Shown one piece after another: positions 11,339-20,026 of a stretch of DNA of 64,000 nucleotides. The stretch is from contig CBDEUM010000038.1 of NCBI GenBank assembly GCA_965242925.1, positions 32,001-96,000 of the forward strand, written 5' to 3'. The notes below the pieces were generated by a model. It saw nothing but the letters and a program-made list of their open reading frames with translations. It ran no database searches and was not told the origin of the DNA. This stretch comes from Roseibacillus sp. (lineage in GTDB: Bacteria; Verrucomicrobiota; Verrucomicrobiia; Verrucomicrobiales; Akkermansiaceae). The number at the start of each line of letters is the position of its first letter. The first letter of the stretch is position 1. The translations under genes and the position numbers were made by a program.

Positions 11339-12211
11339 ATGCTGAAGAGCTATTTCCTCGCGGCCCGTCCCAGGACCCTGCCGGCCGCCATTGTTCCGGT
11401 TTGGGTGGGGTGCGTCCTAGCCTGGAAATTTGTGGGGGGGTTAGACTGGGTTCTTGCCCTCTTCACCCTGCTTGGCGCTCTTTGCGTTCAGATTGCGACG
11501 AATTTTTTCAACGATGCCATTGATCACGAGAAAGGAGCGGATACCCGGGAGCGCCTGGGCCCACAGCGGGCAACTGCCGGGGGTCTGTTGTCCCGGCGGG
11601 CGGTCTATGGTGGGGCGTTCATTTTTCTGTTTCTGGCCTTCCTTGCCTCCGTGCCCCTCATTCAATCCCGGGGCTGGGTCATTATTGCGATTGGATTGCC
11701 GTCCCTCTACCTGACCTACGGCTATACCGGTGGTCCCGTTCCGCTGGCTTACCTCGGATTGGGTGAGCTTTTTGTGATCCTATTTTTCGGAATGGTGGCA
11801 GTGGGTGGAACCTTTTACGTCCAGACTGGAGAATGGCTCTGGCCTGCGGGCGTGGTGGGCCTGCAGGTGGGATTGCTCAGTGCGGTCCTCATCGCCATCA
11901 ACAATCTGCGCGACTTGAAGGAGGACCGGGAAAGTGGAAAAAAAACGGTGGCAGTTCGCCTGGGTCCGGGGGTGCTCCAGCAAATGGCCGGTGGATTTGT
12001 CATCCTGGCCATGATCCTCAGTCTCTGCGGGCATTATTATGGGGCAGGCTGGTTCTTTTTGCTCAGCGTTCCATGGTTCGCGGTGGGAGTGACCTGCATA
12101 TGCGGGGTAAAGGCCTCGCCTCCCGGACGGCACTACAATCGTTACCTCGCAGGCGCGGCCCTGCAGCTTGTGCTTTTTGCGGTTCTCTTCACCGTGGCGG
12201 TTGCGATTTAG
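11339..12211 (+). CDS. menA: DHNA polyprenyltransferase
   Basis: ARPRTL, NDAID..KGAD, NNLRD..ED..SGKKT; multiple TM segments. Confidence 0.93.
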   Translation: MLKSYFLAARPRTLPAAIVPVWVGCVLAWKFVGGLDWVLALFTLLGALCVQIATNFFNDAIDHEKGADTRERLGPQRATAGGLLSRRAVYGGAFIFLFLAFLASVPLIQSRGWVIIAIGLPSLYLTYGYTGGPVPLAYLGLGELFVILFFGMVAVGGTFYVQTGEWLWPAGVVGLQVGLLSAVLIAINNLRDLKEDRESGKKTVAVRLGPGVLQQMAGGFVILAMILSLCGHYYGAGWFFLLSVPWFAVGVTCICGVKASPPGRHYNRYLAGAALQLVLFAVLFTVAVAI

Positions 12212-12248
12212 CGGTGCGAATTCCACATGAGAGGCTAGATTTACCCAC

Positions 12249-13202
12249 GTGCGAGAGCCGATTCATGTATGGCGTTACGCCCTGAAGAGCAGGGCGGAGC
12301 TCAATGCGGTCTCGGGGCGGACGGAGTATGAAGGGGCTCTCATCCGTATTGGTGACGGTTTTGGATGCCTTCATCCCTGGCCCGAACTGGGAGATCCGGG
12401 ACTGGAAGATCTTCTCGCCGAACTGTGCAATGATGCGGTGGTGTCAGGGCTTGCGAAGGAGGCGGTGAGCATGTCTACCCTCGACGCCCGCTGGCGTCAC
12501 AGGGGGGAGTCGATGCTCGATGAGGCGGAGCAGGACATTCCGGAAAGTCATGCAACACTTCCCGAGTGCACCGTGGAGACGGTGACGGAGGCGGTTGGCA
12601 GGGGGTTTTCGGTGATGAAAGTGAAGGGTCGTCGCGACTTTCCGGAATTGGCCGAACGGATCGATGAGTTATCGCGTCACTGGCCGCATTTGATGTGGCG
12701 GATCGACTTCAATGAAGTCCTTACCAGGGATGAGACTCTCGAATTCGCCCGGGGGATGACGGATCACGCAAGGAAGCGGATCGATTTCCTGGAAGATCCC
12801 TGTCCCTGGAAGGAAGAGGATTGGGAGGAGATCCGGCGTGTTGCCCGACTCCAACTGGCTCTTGACCGCAGGGTTTGCTGGCCGGCTCCAGGCGCAGACG
12901 TTCTGGTAATCAAGCCGGCACGGGGTGATGTCGCTACGAGTCTCTGGGAAAGCAAGAGGTTGGTATTTACCAGTAACATGGATCATCCGCTGGGGCAGTG
13001 CTTTGCGGCCTGGCGGGCTGGACAGCTGGTATCCAGTGGATCAACGGTGGACATCTGCGGACTGCAGACGCACGAGCTCTTCGAGCCTAACGAGTTTTCC
13101 GAGCGACTCGGGACGGCGAAACCCCGCTTTACTTCGCCCGGTGGGACCGGATTGGGATTTGATGACCTGTTGGAAAAGTTGCCATGGAAGCGTCTGACTT
13201 GA
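12249..13202 (+). CDS. menC: o-succinylbenzoate synthase (enolase superfamily)
   Basis: HPWPELGD, KVK, RIDFN, EDP, IKP motifs; context. Confidence 0.8.
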   Translation: MREPIHVWRYALKSRAELNAVSGRTEYEGALIRIGDGFGCLHPWPELGDPGLEDLLAELCNDAVVSGLAKEAVSMSTLDARWRHRGESMLDEAEQDIPESHATLPECTVETVTEAVGRGFSVMKVKGRRDFPELAERIDELSRHWPHLMWRIDFNEVLTRDETLEFARGMTDHARKRIDFLEDPCPWKEEDWEEIRRVARLQLALDRRVCWPAPGADVLVIKPARGDVATSLWESKRLVFTSNMDHPLGQCFAAWRAGQLVSSGSTVDICGLQTHELFEPNEFSERLGTAKPRFTSPGGTGLGFDDLLEKLPWKRLT

Positions 13203-14305
13203 GAGGATCGGCTTTCTGGGAGTCTGGTGACTGTCGGGTTCTGGCTCCGCCCCACCTTGAGCAGGAGGGGGTTGAGCTGGGCAGGAAACTGGCAGGGGAA
13301 GATGCGGTTGTCTTTGCCACCTCCGGGTCCTGTGGATTGCCCAAGTGGGTGCTCTTCCGTCGCGCGGCCCTTCTTTCCTCGGCCGAGGCTGTGAATCGCC
13401 ACCTCCAGGTCACCTCCGATGATCTCCTTCTGGTTCCTCTTCCGTTATATCACGTGGGTGGATTTGGGATGGCGGCCCGGGCTTATGTTGCCGGGTGTGC
13501 GCTGCGCCGGTTCCCTGGCAGTTGGGATGCGCTGCGATTCGCGGAGGAACTGGAGAAACAGGAGTGCACTCTTACTTCACTGGTGCCCACCCAGGTACAC
13601 GACCTTGTTGCCTGCGAACTGAAAGCTCCGTCCTCATTGCGGGCGGTGGTGGTGGGCGGAGCTGGCATGGATGAAAGGGAGGGGCAGGCGGCCCGTGACC
13701 TTGGTTGGCCTCTCCTTCAAAGTTACGGAATGACGGAGGCAGCCTCTCAGGTGGCTACCGATTTGCCGGGAAACCTCAGCCAGGACTTTCGGGTGGCGCC
13801 ACTTTCAATCCTCTCGGGCTGGGAGTGCCGGGTGGGGGAGAATGGATGCCTCCAGTTGCGCGGGAAGGCCCTTTTCGAGTGTTACCTCCAGTGGGAGAAC
13901 GGCCAGATGTGTCGCAACGGGAAGAAGGATGGGGAGGGTTGGTTTGCCAGCAGCGATCTGGTGGAGTTAAGAGGAACAGAGCTCACCATGCGCGGCCGGG
14001 CGGATCGGAGGATCAAGATTCTGGGGGAATTGGTTGACGTGCAGGCCTTGGAAGGGGAACTGCGTGCGCTTCTCGAAAAGGGCGAAGTTCATGTTCTTCC
14101 TGTGCCCGATGGGCGCCGGGGCTGGCGCCTCCTGCCCGTGGTTGAACAGGGAAGTGGCGAAGTGGGGCATTTCGTCCGGATACTCAACCAGAGGATGCCC
14201 GGATTTTCCCGGCTGGAGCCGGTGTGCGTGGTTGAGCGTTTGCCCCGGACAGATCTGGGCAAAATCGACGTGGCCGTCCTCCGTGAAGAAATTGAGGAAA
14301 GATAG
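13184..14305 (+). CDS. menE: o-succinylbenzoate-CoA ligase
   Basis: TSGS.G.PK, YGMTE.ASQ, GRAD, LPRT.LGK adenylate-forming motifs. Confidence 0.88.
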   Translation: MEASDLRGSAFWESGDCRVLAPPHLEQEGVELGRKLAGEDAVVFATSGSCGLPKWVLFRRAALLSSAEAVNRHLQVTSDDLLLVPLPLYHVGGFGMAARAYVAGCALRRFPGSWDALRFAEELEKQECTLTSLVPTQVHDLVACELKAPSSLRAVVVGGAGMDEREGQAARDLGWPLLQSYGMTEAASQVATDLPGNLSQDFRVAPLSILSGWECRVGENGCLQLRGKALFECYLQWENGQMCRNGKKDGEGWFASSDLVELRGTELTMRGRADRRIKILGELVDVQALEGELRALLEKGEVHVLPVPDGRRGWRLLPVVEQGSGEVGHFVRILNQRMPGFSRLEPVCVVERLPRTDLGKIDVAVLREEIEER

Positions 14306-14319
14306 GGATTGCGCTCCCG

Positions 14320-14347
14320 TTGACAGAGGCGAACGAGTAATTAGACT
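14320..14347 (+). promoter_or_regulatory. Putative sigma70 promoter (near-leaderless transcript)
   Basis: TTGACA-N16-TAGACT ending 9 nt before the GTG at 14357. Confidence 0.55.
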
Positions 14348-14356
14348 TCTCTTCCC

Positions 14357-14956
14357 GTGAGGAACAAGCACCTATGCCTTTGTCTTCTGCTGGCCTTTGT
14401 TCTGGGGCCGGTATTCAGTGGCTGTTCGGGTCGCGGGAGAGCGTACAAGGAGTCCCGGCGGTCGCCCTCATGGGCGAGGGTAATCAAGCAGGAACTGCAA
14501 GCCCTTGGCTATCGGAACTGGATCGTGATCGGGGATGCCGCCTTTCCGCTCCACAGCCGCCCCGGGGTGCGCACCATTTTTATCAATGATGAAATTCCGA
14601 TAGTTCTGCAGGAGGTGCTTGATGAATTGGAACGTGTGCAGAATGTGAGCCCGAGAATTTACCTGGCACGTGAGCTGGCAGAAATTCCAAACGATCGCGC
14701 GCCCGGGATCGGACAGTATCGACGTAGGATCGAAGGGGCCTTGCGCGGTTATCCCGCGCGGGAAATGGAATTCCGATCGCTCTCTCTCCTGCTTGAGGAT
14801 AGCGCCAACAAATTCACAGTTCTAGTGTTCAAGACTAGTACGGCTCTTCCCTATTCGGGAATCTTCATTGAATTGGATAGCGGTTACTGGGATCCGGAAT
14901 CCGAGCGGGATATGCGGGAGCGACTGGAAAAGAAACTCCGCATCGAATCGACCTAG
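14357..14956 (+). CDS. Lipoprotein with RbsD/FucU-like domain
   Basis: Lipobox-like FSGC; LGYRNWIVIGDAAFP resembles the RbsD/FucU GH.D.IVI.DA.FP motif. Confidence 0.6.
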   Translation: MRNKHLCLCLLLAFVLGPVFSGCSGRGRAYKESRRSPSWARVIKQELQALGYRNWIVIGDAAFPLHSRPGVRTIFINDEIPIVLQEVLDELERVQNVSPRIYLARELAEIPNDRAPGIGQYRRRIEGALRGYPAREMEFRSLSLLLEDSANKFTVLVFKTSTALPYSGIFIELDSGYWDPESERDMRERLEKKLRIEST

Positions 14957-14965
14957 TTCCTCTCC

Positions 14966-15286
14966 ATGAAGCACAACGAAGAACAGTTGACCCGGGAGCG
15001 GGAAGAAGCCTGGATAGGTGATGCAGTCCTTGCGCTTTTTGTGCGGGAGTGGATCCTGAAGGAGGATGAAGAGCTTGATGGAGACAAGTTCATCCGGTTC
15101 ACCTCCAATGAATTCCTGCGAGCGACCGGTAATCCGACCCGGGTGGAGGCCGGCATCGGACGGATCTACCGGAGTGAGGGGCTGCAGGGAGCCTTTGATT
15201 TCATTCGCGGGAATCTCCTCCCGATATTCCTGCGACAGGAGAAGGTGCGCGAGCGACGTTTGGGGAGTGGGAATCTCAGGGGCTGA
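14966..15286 (+). CDS. Small stand-alone RNase III-domain (Mini-III-like) protein
   Basis: AWIGDAVL, SNEFL and TRVEAGIG match RNase III/Mini-III motifs; no dsRBD. Confidence 0.65.
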   Translation: MKHNEEQLTREREEAWIGDAVLALFVREWILKEDEELDGDKFIRFTSNEFLRATGNPTRVEAGIGRIYRSEGLQGAFDFIRGNLLPIFLRQEKVRERRLGSGNLRG

Positions 15287-15932
15287 GCCGTGACATCTTC
15301 CATCCCTCATCTTCCCGGGTGTAGGACAGTCGGTCATGGATCCTGTTGGGGCGGCCCTGCCAGAACTCAATGTAAAAAGGGTTGACCCGGTAACCGCCCC
15401 AGAAGGGAGGGAGGGGGACTTCCGTGCCCTCGGGCCACTTGGCCAGCAACTCCGCTTCGCGTTGCTGGAGGTGGGCCCGATTAGGAATCACGGAGGTCTG
15501 GTTCTCCGAAACCCAGGCGCCGATCTTGGCTCCGTGTGGCCTGTCATGAAAGTAGTCCCTGGATTCATGTTCGCTCGTCCTGCTCACCGTTCCACGGATG
15601 ATGACCTGTCGCTCGAGCTCCCGCCAGTGGATGACGAGAGAAGCCTCGGGATTGGCTTCCAGGTCGCGGGCCTTACGTGATCCGTAGTTTGTGAAAAAGC
15701 AGAAGCCACCCTCGTCAAGACCCTTGAGGAGGACGATGCGGGCGGAGGGTCGGCCGTCGGCGTCGGCAGTGGCCAGGGTCATCGCGTTGGGTTCGACGAC
15801 TTCGGCGTCCACCGCCTCGTCTAGCCATTTGTCAAATTGGGGGAAGGGGGCGAGAGCGGCGTCCTCTTCGGTCAGACCGTCTCTGGAGTAATTTTCGCGC
15901 AGTTCGGACAGGATGGCTCGATGCTTGCTCAT
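15276..15932 (-). CDS. pdxH: Pyridoxamine 5'-phosphate oxidase
   Basis: EPNAMTLAT, RIVLLKG, FFTNYGSRK, EFWQGR..RIHDR, RLSP. Confidence 0.96.
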   Translation of the reverse strand: MSKHRAILSELRENYSRDGLTEEDAALAPFPQFDKWLDEAVDAEVVEPNAMTLATADADGRPSARIVLLKGLDEGGFCFFTNYGSRKARDLEANPEASLVIHWRELERQVIIRGTVSRTSEHESRDYFHDRPHGAKIGAWVSENQTSVIPNRAHLQQREAELLAKWPEGTEVPLPPFWGGYRVNPFYIEFWQGRPNRIHDRLSYTREDEGWKMSRLSP

Positions 15933-16017
15933 TCGGTTGTCTATATACCTACCCGGATCTGAAATCAGGAGAATAATTGCTTCGGCCGTGATGGGATCAG
16001 TCGTAGCGTTGCTGGAG

Positions 16018-17730
16018 ATGCGGATCTCGGTGGTCATCCCGGTCCATGAAGACCGGTTGGAGGTGTGCGAACTGGCATTACGTCTGGAGCTTCAGGAAGG
16101 GGACGAATTGATCGTGGTGGATTCCTCTTGCTGCGATCCCGTCCAGCGAGACGATCTGCCCGGGGGAGCGAAACTCATGCACTCCACCGGGATCAACCGG
16201 GCCCATCAGCAAAACCTGGGAGCAGGGAAGGCTCACGGGGAGATTCTTTTGTTTCTTCATGCCGACATGACTCTACCCGTTGGTTCCCTGGTTCGCCTGC
16301 GTGAATCCATGATGGACGAGGGCGTGGCAGGTGGTGGCTTCCTGCGCTACTTTGACTCGCCGTCGAAGTTCCTCCGATGGACATGTCGACTGGCGGCCTT
16401 GCGCAGTGGTCTTCTCGGATGGTTTCTGGGCGATCAGGCGCTCTTTGTGCGGAGAGAGGCCTTCGAGAGGGTGGGGGGATTCAGGCTACTCGTCGCCTTC
16501 GAGGACTTTGATCTCTGCCGACGGTTGAAGAGGCTGGGCCGATTGCGTGTCCTCACTCCTCCTGTAATCTCCTCGGCGCGGCGTTTTGCAGCAGGAGAGG
16601 TTCGGCGCAGTCTGCAGGATTTTCTCCTTGTTTTGCGTTATTGTATCCAGGGAAAAAAGCCATTCCGATGGATACGCACCGAAGAAATGAAAAAGGAATG
16701 GGAGCCTCCGGGCAGTGATGCCGGGATGGAGAATGTTGCTGGAGAAGTTGAGACCCGGGAAGTTGCAACGTCGGTGAATACGTTTGACAGGGTTCTTGAC
16801 GAAGAGGGGGTGTCGCTGCAGAGGATTTTTCCGGAGGTGTTGCAGATCAATGTCGGCAAACTCTGCAACCTGACCTGCATTCACTGCCATGTGGATGCGG
16901 GGCCAAAGCGGCGGGAGATCATGACGCGCGAGACCGTGGAAGGCATTCTCAAATGGCTGGACGGGCCGGGTGCAGAGGTCGGAACGGTGGATCTCACCGG
17001 TGGCGCTCCGGAGATGATCCCGGACTTCCGTTACCTCGTCACGGAAGTGAAGAGCCGTGGCCGGCATGTCGTGGATCGCTGCAACCTCACCATTCTTCTG
17101 GAGAGTGGTTACGAGGATCTGGCAGAGTTCCTGCAAGGGCACGAAGTGGAAATTGTGGCATCCATGCCCTGTTACGAACCCGATAATGTGGAACAACAAC
17201 GGGGGGAGGGGGTCTTCGATGCCAGCATCAAGGCCCTGCAACTGCTCAACCACCTCGGCTACGGCCGGGAGGATTCGCTTCCACTTCACCTCGTCTACAA
17301 TCCCAACGGAGCCTTCCTTCCGGGCGATCAGTCCGAACTGGAAGCAGCCTACAAGGAGCAATTACGCAAAGTCTTCGGGATCGAATTCCACAGGCTATAC
17401 ACCATCACGAATCTTCCGATTGCGCGTTTTGCGTCCTGGTTGCGGCACAATAACGGGTTCGAGGACTACATGGGCGTGCTTCGTGACGGATTCAATCCGT
17501 CCACGGTGGAGGGATTGATGTGTCGCAATACCATCAGCGTGGGCTGGCGGGGTGAAGTGTACGATTGCGACTTCAATCAGCAACTGGGCATGCAGTTGAG
17601 TAACGGGAAGCCACTCTTCCTGAGGGAGCTCGATCTCACTGAGTTCGCCGAATTGAAAATTCTCACCGCAGAGCACTGCTTCGGATGCACCGCGGGAGCA
17701 GGATCGAGTTGCGGTGGAGCGCTCGTGTGA
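16018..17730 (+). CDS. arsS: In-frame fusion of a GT2 glycosyltransferase (TIGR04283-like) and an ArsS-type arsenosugar radical SAM protein
   Basis: N-half: ISVVIP, NRAHQQNLGA, LFLHAD, GDQ, FED, SARR. C-half from M at 16687: QINVGKLCNLTCIHCHV, DLTGGAPE, YDCDFNQ, HCFGCTAGAGSSCGG. Confidence 0.85.
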   Translation: MRISVVIPVHEDRLEVCELALRLELQEGDELIVVDSSCCDPVQRDDLPGGAKLMHSTGINRAHQQNLGAGKAHGEILLFLHADMTLPVGSLVRLRESMMDEGVAGGGFLRYFDSPSKFLRWTCRLAALRSGLLGWFLGDQALFVRREAFERVGGFRLLVAFEDFDLCRRLKRLGRLRVLTPPVISSARRFAAGEVRRSLQDFLLVLRYCIQGKKPFRWIRTEEMKKEWEPPGSDAGMENVAGEVETREVATSVNTFDRVLDEEGVSLQRIFPEVLQINVGKLCNLTCIHCHVDAGPKRREIMTRETVEGILKWLDGPGAEVGTVDLTGGAPEMIPDFRYLVTEVKSRGRHVVDRCNLTILLESGYEDLAEFLQGHEVEIVASMPCYEPDNVEQQRGEGVFDASIKALQLLNHLGYGREDSLPLHLVYNPNGAFLPGDQSELEAAYKEQLRKVFGIEFHRLYTITNLPIARFASWLRHNNGFEDYMGVLRDGFNPSTVEGLMCRNTISVGWRGEVYDCDFNQQLGMQLSNGKPLFLRELDLTEFAELKILTAEHCFGCTAGAGSSCGGALV

Positions 17731-17832
17731 GAAGAAACCCTTCCCAGGTGTCGCGGAAGTTGCATGGCCCACCGGTAGACTCTCAGGGAGTCGACCTGCA
17801 GGACCTGGGGAAACTGGCTGATCGGGATGCCT

Positions 17833-18552
17833 TTATTCTGCTGAAGAATCGACGATGCCATACTTGGCAAAGGCGTTTTCCATATCTGTTCCAGCCTCTT
17901 CCATTTCGCCTCCCAGTTCTCCCATCGTCTGGCCCCAATCCTGCATACTCAGCAAGAAGCCAGGGTCCTCCGCTACTTTTTCAGAGAACCACTCTCCCAC
18001 CGCTTCCTGACCGCCGGTCAGAATATCGATGGGAATGGGCATTTCTTCCAGGTGAGCGGTCATGTCGGCGGTTGCGTCCCGGAATTGCTCACTCGGTTCC
18101 TTGAGGTCTTCAGGCAGTCCTTCCGTTTTGACAGTCTTCAACTTGTCGCTCAGGGCATTCAGGTCACGCAACATGTCGAGCATTGCCAACGGATTCTGGC
18201 CTCTCCCTTCTTCCCAGTTTTCCATTCTCTTGATGAGTTTCAGAATGCCCTTATCCCTGAGTTCCGTCGTGAAGGCGACAACAGCCGGAGGAGTCGAGGT
18301 ATTGGCCTCGTTGTCCGTTGCTTCCTCCGGGGCCTCTGGCTCAACCGGTGCGGGTTCTTTTTCCGGGGCAGGTTTTACGGCGGCTTGCCCGGAACCAGTT
18401 TCTTTCGGGGGAGCACTGAACTTGGGCCTGCCACCGGGGCTCTCTTTTTTGTCGGGTGGATCCTGGGCAGATGGATCGTCCTCCTTGCCGCATGAATTCA
18501 GGAACACGAGGCTGAAGCAGAGGGCTGACAGGATTAAAAGTTGTTTCTTCAT
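17833..18552 (-). CDS. Hypothetical lipoprotein
   Basis: MKKQLLILSALCFSLVFLNSC lipobox, Pro/Glu-rich linker, helical C-terminal part. Confidence 0.7.
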   Translation of the reverse strand: MKKQLLILSALCFSLVFLNSCGKEDDPSAQDPPDKKESPGGRPKFSAPPKETGSGQAAVKPAPEKEPAPVEPEAPEEATDNEANTSTPPAVVAFTTELRDKGILKLIKRMENWEEGRGQNPLAMLDMLRDLNALSDKLKTVKTEGLPEDLKEPSEQFRDATADMTAHLEEMPIPIDILTGGQEAVGEWFSEKVAEDPGFLLSMQDWGQTMGELGGEMEEAGTDMENAFAKYGIVDSSAE

Positions 18553-18637
18553 GGATGCCTGACTAGCCACTTTTTTGAGGGTTATGGCGAGAAAATTTCC
18601 TATGGACGACTGAAATCAGGACTGCAGGATTTGTGGT

Positions 18638-19378
18638 TTACTCCCCAGGTGGCAGTGGGATGGTGAGCTGGCGGTGGAGTGCTTTCCTGGCAATCCTGGT
18701 GACCAGGATCGTGAGGATGAGGGTGGCGAGGAGGCCGAGACCGTAGAGAGTCCACTGGGAGGAGGTCTTTACGCCACCTGTCCCGGATGCGAGGGAAGCA
18801 ATGCTGCCCGCGAGGGAACCGAGGTAGACGTACATGAAGGTGCCCGGCAGCATGCCGATCCATGAGGCGATGAAGTAGCTCCCGAACTTTACCCGGGTGA
18901 GACCCAGACCGTAGTTGAGCAGGTTGTAGGGAAAGAGGGGAGAGAGACGCAGGAGGAAGACAATCATGGCTCCTTTCCTGCCGATGGCCTCGTTGATGGA
19001 GTGGAAGCGCGGGGAGTCCGCCATCTTTCCGGTGATCCATCCGCGGGCAAGATAACGCCCGATGAGAAAGGCAAGCGAAGCCCCTGTCACGGAAGCGAGA
19101 GAGACGATCACGGTTCCAGTGAATGGTCCGAAGAGAACACCGGCTGCCATCGTGATGAGGAGTCCCGGGACGAAGAGGACGGTGGCGGCGATGTAGAATC
19201 CGGAAAAAGTGACCGCGGTGAGGAAAGGATCGAGTTGTTCAATGTGCTCCAGGAAGGGGACGAGGAGATTCTTTACCCAAGTGCTGAATTTCGCGAACAC
19301 CCCGCCCAGTGATCCCGCAAGCATTGTTCCGGTAGTCAGGGCGAGAACGATCAGGTTTCGCGGTGAATTCAACGTCAT
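18638..19378 (-). CDS. TVP38/TMEM64 (DedA/VTT) membrane protein
   Basis: GASLAFLIGRY, LRLSPLFPYNLLNY, GMLPGT; start uncertain. Confidence 0.88.
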   Translation of the reverse strand: MTLNSPRNLIVLALTTGTMLAGSLGGVFAKFSTWVKNLLVPFLEHIEQLDPFLTAVTFSGFYIAATVLFVPGLLITMAAGVLFGPFTGTVIVSLASVTGASLAFLIGRYLARGWITGKMADSPRFHSINEAIGRKGAMIVFLLRLSPLFPYNLLNYGLGLTRVKFGSYFIASWIGMLPGTFMYVYLGSLAGSIASLASGTGGVKTSSQWTLYGLGLLATLILTILVTRIARKALHRQLTIPLPPGE

Positions 19379-19480
19379 GTTACAGAGGGATCTCTGGTGT
19401 TGATTCCGGGAGCAGTCACACTGAAGTTTATTCCAATGCTTTGAGTTCCAGAAGCGCAAAGCAGGTGCTTAGATGGGCCC

Positions 19481-20026
19481 GTGCACGACGATATTGAAAA
19501 AGTCCTTATTGACGAGGATGTGATCGAAAAGCGGATCGATGTGCTGGCGGAGCATATCCTGGAGGAGTTCTGCGGTCGCAAGTTCGTAGTGGTGGTGATC
19601 ATGAAGGGAGCCCTGGTTTTTACCGCTGACCTCCTGCGGCGCATGCCCATTCCGCTTGAGATTGAATGTATCAACGTGGCAAGCTACCATGGGGCAACGG
19701 AGAGTTCAGGGCAGGTGGATTTTCTGGATGCGAAACTGCCTCCGGTAGGGGGACGCTCGGTTCTGTTGATCGACGATATTCTCGACACGGGGCGCACCCT
19801 TGCAGCGGTTGGCCAGAAACTGCGCGAGCAGGGGGCCGGGATGGTCAAGTCCTGTGTCCTGCTCAGCAAGGACAAGGAGCGGGCTGCAGAAGTGGAGGCT
19901 GATCACGTGGGGTTTCATATCGAGGATGAATTCGTGGTTGGTTATGGCTTGGACTTCCGGGGTCTCTATCGCAATTTGCCCTTTGTTGGAGTATTGAAGG
20001 AGAAGGTCATCGGAGATCCGCCATGA
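19481..20026 (+). CDS. hpt: Hypoxanthine phosphoribosyltransferase
   Basis: VLLIDDILDTGRTL PRPP loop, FVVGYGLD, YRNLP. Confidence 0.95.
   Translation: MHDDIEKVLIDEDVIEKRIDVLAEHILEEFCGRKFVVVVIMKGALVFTADLLRRMPIPLEIECINVASYHGATESSGQVDFLDAKLPPVGGRSVLLIDDILDTGRTLAAVGQKLREQGAGMVKSCVLLSKDKERAAEVEADHVGFHIEDEFVVGYGLDFRGLYRNLPFVGVLKEKVIGDPP

Noticed and set aside
17670..17760. Selenocysteine in the ArsS C-terminus
   Set aside because: All motif positions are Cys codons; the TGA at 17728-17730 follows the natural end of the protein.
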